Below, piece after piece: positions 39,301 through 51,738 of a DNA stretch of 64,000 bases (positions are counted from its first letter, which is position 1; the number at the start of each line of letters is the position of its first letter). A model generated the notes under the pieces. That model ran no database searches. It had not been told where the DNA came from and worked only from the letters and a program-made list of their open reading frames with translations. The stretch is from Phoronis australis (lineage: Eukaryota; Animalia; Phoronida), in NCBI GenBank assembly GCA_002633005.1, contig NMRA01000926.1, forward strand, positions 1 to 64,000. Reading direction: 5' to 3'. The position numbers and the translations under genes are program-made.

Positions 39301-41340
39301 GTACTGTTTCCTCCCTTTGAAGTTTTACAATGCTACATCCTTGACAATCGCAGATTGCCTCTTTCTATGCATACTCCACTTCCTCTGTCCCAGTTTCTCC
39401 ACATTTGCTGAAAGTGGCCTATCTCAACAAATTACTTTAGACCTGTTGTGGTATAAGCCAGTAATCTTTGGCAAATACTTTTTCCCCAACTCGTTCCTCA
39501 AGCTACAAATTCTCTTTGACATATCTTCTGGGAGTAGACTTTTCGGCCTCTCTCTAGCCCCCTCAATTAGTTGTCCAGAAGGGTACCTTCTTGCTGGTTG
39601 TGAACTTTTCATACCCAACCTTTACTAATAATCGGCAAGTCTCCAACTTCAGCAGAAGCCACTTCTTCAGCATAAGCCTTTCCTGATTCCTAAAATTGTA
39701 TTAATAAAAAATTAAACATATTAAATTTAATGTGGCCATTTCGGCTCACAAAATATGAATACCAAGCTAAAGTGAAGGCACCAATATTTTTGACGGCTTT
39801 AGCATGTTTAATTAACTTCATAATCGCAGAAAATCATTGGTAGACAAAACATACTCCCTAGTTTCTAAAAGTAGTTCATGGGCAGAAGTCATGTTACACA
39901 TTTGGTGGTTGTTATGAAAAGTTATGATGACTACCTATTTTCTATGCCAATGTATACATGTAGTTGCATAAACATCAACACATTTGAATAAGATATGATT
40001 AAGCAATAAGGCCCAAGATATAAGCAATCACGGTGTGTGAATAAAAGTATTTTTGCATGAATGACGTGCTTCTAAAAATATTCCTCAGGGTCAGACCCTG
40101 GAGTTTAGTGATTCCTACCTGAGCTCACGCGAAGCAGGACGTTGAACCTTGAAAGTCTTTGGTCATTTTTCAGACCTCTATCAGAATCAGATTTCTCCTC
40201 TAGTGTGCAGTGGATGTTCTAAGTGCCTTTGGCGACGCCAATATATCTCGAGTGTTGTAACGATGATTCGGGCAAGTGAATCTAATACGGTAGATTATGT
40301 AGCTCCTGCTGCACACAGTGCCTCCGAGGCAGACACCGAGAGTCTGACTGAGACAGACTACTCAGGAGGACACGTTCCACCTCCACATCAGCTCCACGTA
40401 CTCTTATAAGGTGCTCAAATGTCTCGCTCTATACCTTGTGCATTTCCCTAGAGTTTCCAAAGTTGTTTCTCTCCGCAATTTGTAGAAATACCAGTGATGC
40501 GACTGGCAGTGCCAGATAAATAGATAAATTCGCAAACCCGCACTTTAGGTCAGCAATCATTCAACTAACGCATTGTAAGCTTTAGTTTGGTATTCAGACG
40601 AATTGGTTGAACAAATTTAGTATAATTTATATTTTATTGGGAAATGCTAGTGTCCTTAAAATTAATTAAAAACATTTAAGCAAATCAATTGTTTTAATTG
40701 TTGTATTATACCACGGCATATTAATGCGTAGAAACTTCGCACAACTAGTGACTGGTTAAACATGACAAATATGACATACGCGGTCTGAAAATAGTGAAAT
40801 TCAGACACCTATTACCAAGACTGCCTGAAGGGCTGATAAAGTTTTTATTGTATTAATTTCAAGGGCATGGAGTCTTCTACATGTCCATGTTATTATTTTT
40901 GGTTTTCTTGCGGGGGCAGCTTCGCTATAAGGGTACAGCTTACTGCTGGTTTTTCACAAGACGGAAAGGTACCTCCACGGAAACAGTTCCAGTATTACCA
41001 TGGTAACCGATATTGCAGTGTCGGTGCCGTTTCTACTGACATTGGTCATGAACCTATCATGTGATATCAAAATTGTTCAGAAACGATTCTGTTTGAAGCA
41101 GAAACTGGAGTAGAAAATTTGGTCAAAAATGACTCATTCCACACCAAGAAATTGCCTCATTTTGCCCCCCAGAACACTTCCCTTGTATCTCCTAAACCAC
41201 CAAACTTTGTGGTGTCATACTTCACCCATTTTCTCTCATCCCTAAAGTGATTGATCAGACTAAACATGGATCTGAATGGTTGACCCCCCACCTTGCCGCT
41301 TGTTGGCTGTACTGTGGTCGGTGGATCCGTGGACTGATAC
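36307..41340 (-). mobile_element. Complete non-autonomous TTAA-targeting DNA transposon, Sola3-like
   Basis: TTAA|GTACTAGTCCACG..AGCGGCAAGGTGGGGGTCA at left and TGACCCCCCACCTTGCCGCT..CGTGGACTGATAC|TTAA at right. A minus-strand exon from ~39690 reads ESGKAYAEEV..ISKGW..KSSQPARR..PEDMSKRICSLRNELGKKY..WLIPQQV, resembling the Sola3 transposase C-terminus as I recall it. Confidence 0.75.
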
Positions 41341-43332
41341 TTAATGTCCGCCTCGTGAGTTAGGTCTATACTTCAGTTTTCCCCATCGTAATGATACACT
41401 TGATCGTTGTGAATTAAATTATTAAAGCTAATTTTTGCGTTCAACATGTTTTACGATAGGGAATATTCGTCTTGCCTGTTTTACCTGGAGAGAGAGAGTT
41501 CCTCGGTTACAATCATGTCGCGATTATCTCTACTTCTCCTTTTCTTCATGACTCGTTGTTTGTTCTTGAGAGGCATTTTGACAATAATGGGGCGATGTTT
41601 ACCTGGGAACTTTCGAGCGATTCTGTGCATTATATTTCTCTTCATAACATTGAAACATAAAGCAATTGACTGATTTTATGCAATTACGAAATTTGTTAGT
41701 AACTTTCACAAGTACTTTCTTTTACAATAGTATCCAAGGGCTCCAAATCTAACTCGCTCTCTTTTGACCCACTCTGAGATCTCATTAAGTGAGCCTGTTT
41801 TGACTGGAAGCTTCTGCATATCCTTGAAAATCCATACTTGTAGTTATATTCAATCAGCTGTATTGCAAATATCTTTTGTTGCATGTTCACTGGCATACAT
41901 GTACATGTAGCCTACAGGGATCAACCAAATGAAAACAACAGAGCCTTAATAGAGGTGGTTACTCAAGTATGCTTGAGTAGCTCCCACTGTATACTATGTA
42001 TTTGCTAAGCAATTTCTTGCAAAACCGTCGAAAATCCCTAATGCAACCGTAGAAGATATCCCCAAACTAGTTCACTACCATCCTGGTTTTTTTACAACCA
42101 TAAATAACACAGAATTGATATGACCCCAAAACTAGAGCAATACTATTCTGCACTTCACATGGGCCCACTTTCATTATGAGAACAAAAAGTTAAACATTTC
42201 AACAAAACAAATTTCCAAACAAACATCTGATTTGTGTAATTGTATTTGTAGTCCATGGTATACATAGCATACACTATCTGTCATGCATAAATATGACATG
42301 AAAACCCTAGATTCAAGATCCTCGATAAATGCTGTGGAACCCTCACAACAGTCATTATTAACTCTATCTTTGTTACTTTACCAAAAATTCAGAAATACAC
42401 CGTTTTTTGGCCACCATATGGGGTAAACAAGAATTTTGAACTCTACTGAAAATTCAGCATGCATGAAATAACGCCCGAATCCTTTACGTGGTTATCAGAT
42501 AAATTGAACCGCAGGGCCCCAAGTCATCGGGCCAATTTGGGGGACCGATGTGCCATGTTAGAATTTCCTGTCTTTTTTATTCCAATATTGGGAGGGTGCA
42601 TTTTGATGTGCTGCTCTGTCTTCTACATGTTCCTCATCGATGAGTGATTGGGCAAAACTGTGAACTGCACATTAGGCATCCTACAGCAGTTCAACTTTTT
42701 TAGTACCTGTAAGCTTCACTAGTTGTAAAATTATAACATATCAATGTAATTTTAGAGAAATACCCAATTTTTGACAGATTTGTCATGTTAAATTAACTTC
42801 ATATCACAGAAATTCAATGGACGACATACATGTAACATACTCTCTAGTCTCTAAAAGCAGGTCATGGGGAGTCGTCATGTAAATTGTTTTAATACATTTG
42901 GTGGTTATCATGAAAGGTTATGATGACTACCTATTTTCTATGTCAATGGAACATAATTTCAGTTTAGTAAACATGCTGGCCATTAACTGAAACAGAAGAG
43001 AAAGATTCGAGGACCGGAACCGAAGGACAACGCTGGACAACAGTTCTGTAGTCTAGTTGCCAGCCCAAGAGCTCCCATAGTTGATTACTGTAATTTTTTG
43101 TTCAAATATATTAAATATGATCAGGAGAACTATAGTGGGCCAAACAGTTTGATAACAAGTTTCATGAGGGTTGTATGGCATGGAAATGCACATACGCTCA
43201 GCAGTTCAGTGCTCTTGCGTCTAGTATGGTTACTGGCCATTACTCCAAAAATACTCCGAAAAACCTCTACTCCGAAGAAACCCACGTCTCCTCCAAATAT
43301 GAACGCATTTGTTTCATTTTATAACACTAATA

Positions 43333-43585
43333 CATGCGCGCACCCATTCTAAAATATGGGGGCTCGAATTTTTGGCAATATGGACCTTTTATAAACAAAA
43401 AACTTGGGACTAAAAAAACGGGATATCACGTTCAGGGCCATGAATTGTGCATTCGCGCCTTTTTAGTGGACTTTTGTCTCGTTTTCTCGGACTTTTTGTG
43501 GTTTTGAGGCGGACGTTTTTGCACACTTCACCAAATGGGGGGCTCGTTCGAGCTCCCCGAGCCACCCCCCTTGGGTACGCGCATG
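43333..43585. mobile_element. MITE with CATGCGCG(C/T)ACCCA termini, nested in an ACTCC/GGAGT-rich inverted-repeat element (~43225-43885)
   Basis: TIR visible; flanks taata/taaca form an imperfect 5-bp TSD. Confidence 0.7.
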
Positions 43586-44919
43586 TAACATGATACATTT
43601 TCACTCGATCAAGTGAACTTCAAAGAAGATAGGATACAAGAGTTGTTAACTAGAAAGACAGTAATAATGGCAGAAATATGTCATTGGACTTCATTGTCCA
43701 AATTTATTGTTGTGTGGATGTTTTTTAGTTTCAAATTAATAAACCATTTGGGAAATTTTGAGAAAATTTAGGAAGATCGAGTAAAAATCTCGTAGTAAAG
43801 GTGATTTTTCGGAGTAAAGGACCTTCGGAGTAGCTGTGTTTTTCGGAGTGGTGGCATGGAGCATCGGAGTATTAACCTATTACACTCCAGTGTAGTCAAC
43901 GGAAAGGCTAGAACCGATGCTCTGTAGGTTTACAATCTCATCACAGCCATGTTGTAACTCCATGTCTACTCAAATGGGGCCAAGTCTTATGAAGAGCTGG
44001 TGGTTTACCTAAAGATTGTCCTTCAACAACGCTGTCTCAAGGACATCTTTTTCTTCGTAACAGGTCACCACGATTGTGTACAGCTCCTGCGCTGGTGTAG
44101 CAGTCTTCAAAATAAACCAAACAACGTGGAAATTATTTTGGCCTAGAATACTATAGCGCCTCCATGTACGTTGTCTTAATTTTCACAACTTGCACGTAAC
44201 TCCATTCATAAATAAACAATAAAAGACTAAGCGCAGTAACGTCAACCTAAACTACGAGAAAATTTCGACAAAAGTGCGACAAGCGTTCGATTAAGGTGCC
44301 AAACATTTCTGGCAAGAAATTTATACCAAGTTTAGCAGCTTGACAGACTTCTTTCGAAGTTTATTTTGGAGTTTGCTGTGTGTGTAACACCTGTCCAATA
44401 ATGTCGAAAAGTTCCACTCGAAGCTGCATACGTGGATGACAAGACTGTAGTACCTGTTGACCTTTTCTAAAAACAGGCATACTGTACATCAAAGGAGTAA
44501 AAGTTTCTGGGGTTATAAGAAGCATTTTAATGAGAGCCGAGAAATTACAGTGCAAGTGGTCATATGGTTAAAGAGTTCCAGTGGGAGTGCCCACCTTGAT
44601 CCTGCCTTGAAGAATATAGGTCATGTGAAATGAAGGTGGTGAAGAGCAAACTTTACGTAGCGGAGGACAGGAAAAAGACTAAGTACAAGAAGGGAGTAGT
44701 TGACCTAGACGAGGATGACTAGAGAACGATTACAGAGGAGATAGAGAAGCACAGACACCACTAACCAGCCGTCATATCTCCATAAGTTCTGCAATCGCGG
44801 AGTAGATTTCAGAACGGTCTGGCCATTGGCCATGAGCAGAGCAGTCAGATTTTTGGTTTTGGTAAGCAGTGAATGTTACAAAGTGTCAGATTATAGTCTG
44901 ACAGTATTTTTAGTTGTAA

Positions 44920-45069
44920 TGTTTTGTTTTGTTTTCTTATTCTTCTTGATTGGCATGACCCCTGAGTTAAATACGGTGATGATGTAATTTGTTTACTACA
45001 AAGTGTGGAACTTTCTAGAAGACTGAGGTCAGAACAGTGATGATGTAATTTGTTTACTACAGTATAGTG
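44920..45069 (+). repeat. Inverted copy of the LTR U3 segment
   Basis: Reverse complement of ~45678-45826. Confidence 0.85.
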
Positions 45070-45071
45070 AG

Positions 45072-45826
45072 TGTCACGTTTTTCCCCGTGTGTGGGTGGG
45101 CGCAGGTGGTTACCAACCGGTGCTAATAGCTTTCGGTGCGAAGATTGACTGAAGACTGGTTCGAGTTAAACCTTTATTAATCTCGACCGTATGTTCACAA
45201 GCCTACTCAAACAAAACGTCCGACGTAATGTCTGTTTATGCTCCAGCCAGTGCTGCGAAGCCTTGACTTGTGATGAACTTCTGAGACACGTTCAGCAACT
45301 GTTACACTCGTTAATTCAATAACCTGCTGTCTCTACATTTGTATAGCTGACTCTCTATTGACTATCGCTGTAACTGCTGACTCTCTTCACTGCAACTCAA
45401 CTGTAGTTCTCCTGATTGACGTACTTGAACTGACTTGATCTTCTGACTTGAACTGACTTGATCTCACTGACTTAATCTTCTTGGACTCAAGTGACTAACA
45501 CAAACCCGTGCTTGTGCATTTATAGCCTAATGCATTGTTCTGGAACTTTTCATCAATTCAAGCACATACCAGAACTTTCTGGAACCTACCCAATCATTCT
45601 ACAAACATGTAATAGTCTCTAGAATATTCCAGACTGCATTAATCACTGTCATGCTAGAGTCTTCTAGAAAGTTCCACACTATACTGTAGTAAACAAATTA
45701 CATCATCACTGTTCTGACCTCAGTCTTCTAGAAAGTTCCACACTATTTTGTAGTAAACAAATTACATCATCACTGTACTTAACTCAGGGGTCATGCCAAT
45801 CAAACAGAATAACAAAACAAAACAAT
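45072..45826 (-). mobile_element. LTR (3' end ...GTGACA), running into the gap
   Basis: On the minus strand the order is tandem U3-like repeats, TATA (CTATAAAT at 45518-45525), AATAAA (45173-45178) and terminal CA at 45072. Confidence 0.6.
45535..45742 (-). promoter_or_regulatory. Cluster of heat-shock elements upstream of the LTR TATA box
   Basis: nGAAn inverted arrays: TTCtgGAA (~45538), GAActTTCtgGAA (~45572), GAAtaTTC (~45622), and TTCtaGAAagTTC at ~45662 and ~45727. Confidence 0.6.
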
Positions 45827-46720
45827 NNNNNNNNNNNNNNNNNNNNNNNNNNNNNNNNNNNNNNNNNNNNNNNNNNNNNNNNNNNNNNNNNNNNNNNNNN
45901 NNNNNNNNNNNNNNNNNNNNNNNNNNNNNNNNNNNNNNNNNNNNNNNNNNNNNNNNNNNNNNNNNNNNNNNNNNNNNNNNNNNNNNNNNNNNNNNNNNNN
46001 NNNNNNNNNNNNNNNNNNNNNNNNNNNNNNNNNNNNNNNNNNNNNNNNNNNNNNNNNNNNNNNNNNNNNNNNNNNNNNNNNNNNNNNNNNNNNNNNNNNN
46101 NNNNNNNNNNNNNNNNNNNNNNNNNNNNNNNNNNNNNNNNNNNNNNNNNNNNNNNNNNNNNNNNNNNNNNNNNNNNNNNNNNNNNNNNNNNNNNNNNNNN
46201 NNNNNNNNNNNNNNNNNNNNNNNNNNNNNNNNNNNNNNNNNNNNNNNNNNNNNNNNNNNNNNNNNNNNNNNNNNNNNNNNNNNNNNNNNNNNNNNNNNNN
46301 NNNNNNNNNNNNNNNNNNNNNNNNNNNNNNNNNNNNNNNNNNNNNNNNNNNNNNNNNNNNNNNNNNNNNNNNNNNNNNNNNNNNNNNNNNNNNNNNNNNN
46401 NNNNNNNNNNNNNNNNNNNNNNNNNNNNNNNNNNNNNNNNNNNNNNNNNNNNNNNNNNNNNNNNNNNNNNNNNNNNNNNNNNNNNNNNNNNNNNNNNNNN
46501 NNNNNNNNNNNNNNNNNNNNNNNNNNNNNNNNNNNNNNNNNNNNNNNNNNNNNNNNNNNNNNNNNNNNNNNNNNNNNNNNNNNNNNNNNNNNNNNNNNNN
46601 NNNNNNNNNNNNNNNNNNNNNNNNNNNNNNNNNNNNNNNNNNNNNNNNNNNNNNNNNNNNNNNNNNNNNNNNNNNNNNNNNNNNNNNNNNNNNNNNNNNN
46701 NNNNNNNNNNNNNNNNNNNN
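45827..46720. other. Assembly gap
   Basis: Run of N. Confidence 1.
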
Positions 46721-49700
46721 CTATTCAACATCGAGTGGGTCAAGACGAGCCACTGTGTAATTACACATGATGAAGCAGGTGTTGTATAGGTAAATGTTGA
46801 AAGTGATGGAGGAGGGCACCCACATCACCAGAATCACTTGTGACAACCCTGATGTCTCCGAGCTCTTAATTTACATGTATGGGGCGGCTAATATGCCAGT
46901 AGACGTCAAGACTAAAATGGACAAGTGGAATGGTAGTATTTCGGACAAGTGCCGCCAACATGAGAGGTCACATGACGTGATGGTACTGGATACATAAAAA
47001 GTTCTTGATTTGAACGAGCTGTCAGAGACGCCAATAACCCCTCTCTGAGTAGACACGGAGGAGTCAAATTGAACTTATCGCAGTCACTGACTGACTCGTG
47101 GTCCATTACCTTGAAGCTGTTCTCCATGAACACCTACGCATGGGGGTGGTGACATTTTCTCGAGAACCAGTTAGTCATAAATCCTCAGTAGAAGAAGACA
47201 GGCGGCTCAGCAAAGTCGGGAACTTTACTTTATTTTATAGTAAGTTCCACAAATCATATTTTATGAGTTTTCCCTGGATTAATAACAGTGCCCATCCTAG
47301 TTTACGTATATATAACCTGCACGGATTACGGGTAATCTATACACATCACTTTGGGGAGGCAGTGTGGCTTATTGTCCTTCCTCTACGCAAGGTTGTGTCT
47401 TCCAGTCACACTGGGCACACTTATAGTCGCCTGAGTCAAGTCCCTAGATACTTAGCCCTGTATCAAATAATAAAGCATAAAGATGGTCCAAGGTGATCAG
47501 TGCAAAGAGCCTTCCGGTGCGGCATGCCTAGGTCTGGTACAACAATATTTTAAACTAGTTATTGAAATATTGGGAGGATATCTTATTTCAGTATTTAGCT
47601 ATCCCTTATTCTTTATATAATGGAATCACAGAAATGATAATTCTGCATTGCCCATAAATTTAACATTTCAATGCGCAAAAGAGATGAATTTTCCTTGTTT
47701 AAGTTCAACGTGACCTTTGACCTCTCATTTGACCTTGATATTGACCTTGCATCCTTAAAATAATATCAGAGATGGACTATCCGTCCCAAAAAACAATTGC
47801 AGGATCCTACACGGTATCATGTTCAGAGTGTGGAAATTAGGCGAAATTATAAAAAGGCTCAAAGTTGCACAAAGTGCAACTAAGTTAATTGTGTTCTCCT
47901 AGCAACATATAATAAATTTCCAAAATAAAACTTTACAGCAAACAACATTGCAAGGTCAACTTTTTGGCAACTAGACTACTGTGATTTCGGGTATCTGTTA
48001 CTGTCCTATGCTCCTAACAAACCTGATGAACTTAACCTAACATATTAACCAGGATATTGCTAACGCTGTGGGTATGGCATTCATTTAAGTCACTTGTTCC
48101 CCTCTGCAGTCATGCAGTCTTTGTGTAACAATTCACTGCATATACTTCAAGACATTTGAAATAAAATATGATTAAGAAATAAGGCCCAATTAAGTTACAA
48201 GCAATCACAGTGCGTCAATAAAAGTATTTATCCATGAAAGACGTGCTGTTAAAAATATTCTTCAGAGTTAGAAACTGGAGTTTGGTGATTCCTACCTGAG
48301 CTCACACGAAGCAGGACGTTGAACCTTGATTTTACGTCTTTGGTCATTTTTCAGACATCTGTCGTGTTTCCCCTCTTGTGTGCAGTGAATGTAATGTCTT
48401 TGGCCACGGCAATATATGTCGAGGGTTGTATCGGTGATTCGGGCAAGTGAATCTACTACTTTAGATTATCTAGCTCCTTCTGCACGTCTCCGAGGCAGAC
48501 AACTACTCGGGATGACATGTTCCACCTCCTTAACATCACCTCCACTCACTTTTAAGGTTCTCAATTGTCTCGCAAAGTTCGTTGTGCGTTTCCCAAGAGC
48601 TTTCAAAGTTGTTTCGCTCGGCAAGTTGTAAAAATACCCCATTTTATGCTACTGGCGGTCCCAGACAAATAGTTAATTCGCAAACCTCCACTTTAGATCA
48701 GTCATCATTCAACTAACGCATAGTGTATGCTTTAGTTTGGTATTCAATGAGTTAGATGAACAAACCCAATATAATTTCATATTTTAGTGAGTACCGCTTG
48801 TATCCTGAAAGTTAATCAAAAGCATTTATGCAAACCATTTCTGTTCATTGTTGTATTACATCATGGCATTTTAATGGGTACAACTAGTGACTGCTTTAAC
48901 ATGACAAATACTCAAATGTGCGGTCTGAAAATAGTGATATTCAGACACCTATTACCAAGCCTGCATGAAGGGTTGACAAAGTTTTTTGTATTACTTTCAA
49001 GCGCATGGTGTGTTCTATACGCCCATGTAATTATTTTCAGTTTTCTCGTGGGGTCAGCTTCGATATAAGGGTTCTTCAAAAGCATGAAATGTACCTCCAC
49101 GGAAACAGCTCCAGTGTTACCATGGCAATCGATATTTTAGTGTCGGTACCATTTTTGCTTACATTGTTCATGAACCTATCATATGATATCGAAATTATTC
49201 AGAAATGATTCTGTTTGAAACAGAAACTGCAGTAGACAATGAAATAAAAAATAACTCATTCTGCATCAAGAAATTCCCTCTTTTTGCCCCCCAGAAGACT
49301 ACCCTAGTATCTCCTAAATCACCAATCTTTGTGCTGTCATACTTCACCCAATTTCTCTCATCCCTAATGTGATTTATTAAACTAAACATGGTTCTCAAGG
49401 CTGACTGCCCACCTTGCCGCTTGTTGGCTGTACAGTGGTCGGTGGATCCGTGGACTGATACTTAACCATGTTATTGGGGTCCGAAACAAACAGCAATCCA
49501 TTTCCAAAACTGATAAACAGCAAGAATCAACGGGAAAAGGCCCCCATTGGATTCGAACATGTCGGCGACTGTGTAAATGCTGAACGCAAACATTGTCTAT
49601 GTGGTTGAACAAAAAACAAACGGATGTAATTTGCATAAAAACATACTTTAACTTGGTTGAACCCACGATTGTACTTTTTTACACATATCAATATATACGC

Positions 49701-49909
49701 GCTCGCATATATAATACAAGCACATATATTAACCTGTTTAACAAAAAGTACAGTCCTGCCTCCAACCAAGTTTTTGTCCATGAAGGGCTGGTACCGAACT
49801 ATACAAATATCAATTAAAATGCAAAAATGTCTAAGGCAACAATTCTCGACAAGTGACACAACTGCTGACAAAATTTACGGGTCTGTGTACATCACTAAAA
49901 CATTCCTCA

Positions 49910-50226
49910 CAGGGGCGGATCCAGGGTTTTGAGTTAGGGGGGGCCAGAGTACAGGAATAACCACAATTTCGGCAGATGCGCGCGCCCAGCCTAAAATGTA
50001 GTAATGCAGGGGTCTCGAATTTTTGGGTTTGCGGACCTTTTGACTAAAAAAAAACGGTAAACTGGGTTTGATCAGGGCCTATGCATTGTTTATTCACCCC
50101 CCGATATCCCTGGTTGCGCGCACGTGCTAGTCAGGAATTCGCACCCGAACTGCCAAACTGCCAAATGGTACCTGGTAGAATTTTAGGGGGGCCATGGCCC
50201 TCTTGCCCCCCCTAAATCCGCCACTG
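49910..50226. mobile_element. MITE (CAGGGGCGGAT termini) with 5-bp TSD
   Basis: caggggcggatccaggg ... ccctaaatccgccactg with perfect TSD CCTCA. Contains a piece of the CATGCGCG family. Confidence 0.8.
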
Positions 50227-50782
50227 CCTCACACGGGAATTTCACCTTTTTCCTTTCCGTTACAACCAATCAGAAAGCTCAAACTTTTTTCAATTCCTGA
50301 GAAATCAAATATCTGTGACCTACTTCAAGAAATTCATTCTAGAATTAGGTTGTCTTTCTAAATGTCCGAATTTCGCCAACGGTTCGCGAATGTTCTCATG
50401 AATTTCACAATGAGGGCTCGACGATAAAATTTTTCTAAGACCTTTCTACGCGAAGTTGATATTTGCATTGTGTATCAGTTTTGAAGAGCGCACAACTTCT
50501 CAGAGAAGTCAGACATTTTTCTGTCTCCGACATTTATCCCTGTTTCCTGGCATTGTAACCCCACGTACGTGTAGTTATTCAAAAAAAAATTAACTCAAAT
50601 GTAATAGCTTATTAAAATTGAAGTATTATTTACCGAATTTGCAGTTACGGATTATAGAAAAAAAATGACTAGAATCTTCCGGCATGTCACTTATACGCAC
50701 TTGATTACTTGCGGCTGTGTACATGTACTTACACTGTAGCTTGATCGAGCAGGCGGGGAAACTCTCAACCTGCCTCCTGTTC

Positions 50783-50912
50783 AGTAACGCTAGGACCTCG
50801 CTAAAAAGCAAGACGTCGCGAGATTACGTGAGATATTGCCGAGTGTTTTAAATGAAATCACGTGACTTTGGCTAGATTTTAGCTAGGTCCTACCGTAGGT
50901 CCTAGCGTTACT
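50783..50912. mobile_element. Small MITE / hairpin just upstream of kinase exon 2
   Basis: Perfect 16-bp inverted repeat AGTAACGCTAGGACCT. Confidence 0.65.
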
Positions 50913-51001
50913 CAACGCACGCCTGGTGATGACGTAAAAGGCACACATGAATGCTTTGACGCAAAGAGTTTCATTTCTGAAATCGTTCATTTTAATTCTA
51001 G

Positions 51002-51301
51002 GTTACAGAGACTGCATTGGCATTTCGTTCAGAAATTGAATGTCTCCAAAAAGTGCGTGATCACCAGTTCATTGTGAAGTTTATTCAAGTGTATTTCACA
51101 AACGATACGACCGCTAACATTGTCATGGAACTTTGCGACTACGACTTAGTAGGTCATTATGCTACCAAAAGGGTACAATTTGCCCAAGGCGTATCTCTGA
51201 TGATGGACTGCTTGAAAGGGTTGGAACATTTGCATTCGAATGGGATCACCCACAGAGACTTGAAACCACGGAACATACTAATGAAGAACGGCATTGCTAA
51301 G
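51002..51301 (+). CDS. Ser/Thr protein kinase, second coding exon (subdomains III-VIb)
   Basis: Acceptor ttttaattctag|GTT. 300 nt, phase 0/0, reading VTETALAFRSEIECLQKVRDHQFIVKF...IVMELCD...LEHLHSNGITHRDLKPRNILMKNGIAK. Donor AAG|gtacgg. Confidence 0.92.
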
Positions 51302-51738
51302 GTACGGAAAGTGTTTATTCGTCAACCTTGAATCCTCGTTGGACAGAAAGTTTTTTAGTTTCCATATTGCATGTGGTCATGAAATGCGGCCTCTTTCATC
51401 CAGCAGCTGAGTATAAATCAAAATGCTGATAGTTATTGTTAATTAAAAACCACCGCATGTTGCAAATGCGTCAAGTGCCCGATGCAATACGTCGCAGTCA
51501 AACGTTTCCTTGTGACACATTGCGTTGGGCCGCAACTGAATGACTGTGTATTGGGACCATGCCGCATGTCAGCCTCATCCTCTCACTACAATATATACAT
51601 ACAGTTTACATGTACACTGTAGGAAGAGGAGTAAGCGAATCGGCTCAATGAGCCTGATGGACTGTTTAGAATTTACCCTTTAGTTTCATAACTATTCAAT
51701 TAAATTTTTTGATCACTGAACCTTGGGTCGTTCTACAG

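Larger units (their letters stand above)
43049..47978 (+). mobile_element. Academ DNA transposon relic with nested insertions
   Basis: Perfect TIR TAGTCTAGTTGCCA and 3-bp TSD CTG. Remnant coding at 46765-46990 (THDEAG..ITRITCDNPDVSELLIY..MDKWNG) resembles the Academ HEEAD..DTDV block. Confidence 0.8.
41690..49461 (-). mobile_element. Third, interrupted copy of the Sola3-like element
   Basis: 42780-42950 matches 39805-39950, and 48140-49461 matches 39980-41340, ending GGACTGATAC|TTAA. The copy is split by the Academ insertion. The left boundary is uncertain; 41696-41850 (CRSFQS..G..LEPLDTIVK) may be the preceding transposase exon. Confidence 0.6.

Noticed and set aside
45784-46770. 319/325-aa ORFs
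   Set aside because: They are artefacts of the N gap.
47100-47544. Possible second solo LTR inside the Academ element
   Set aside because: It has a TG start, TATA-like and AATAAA motifs on the minus strand, but I could not find a matching end or TSD.
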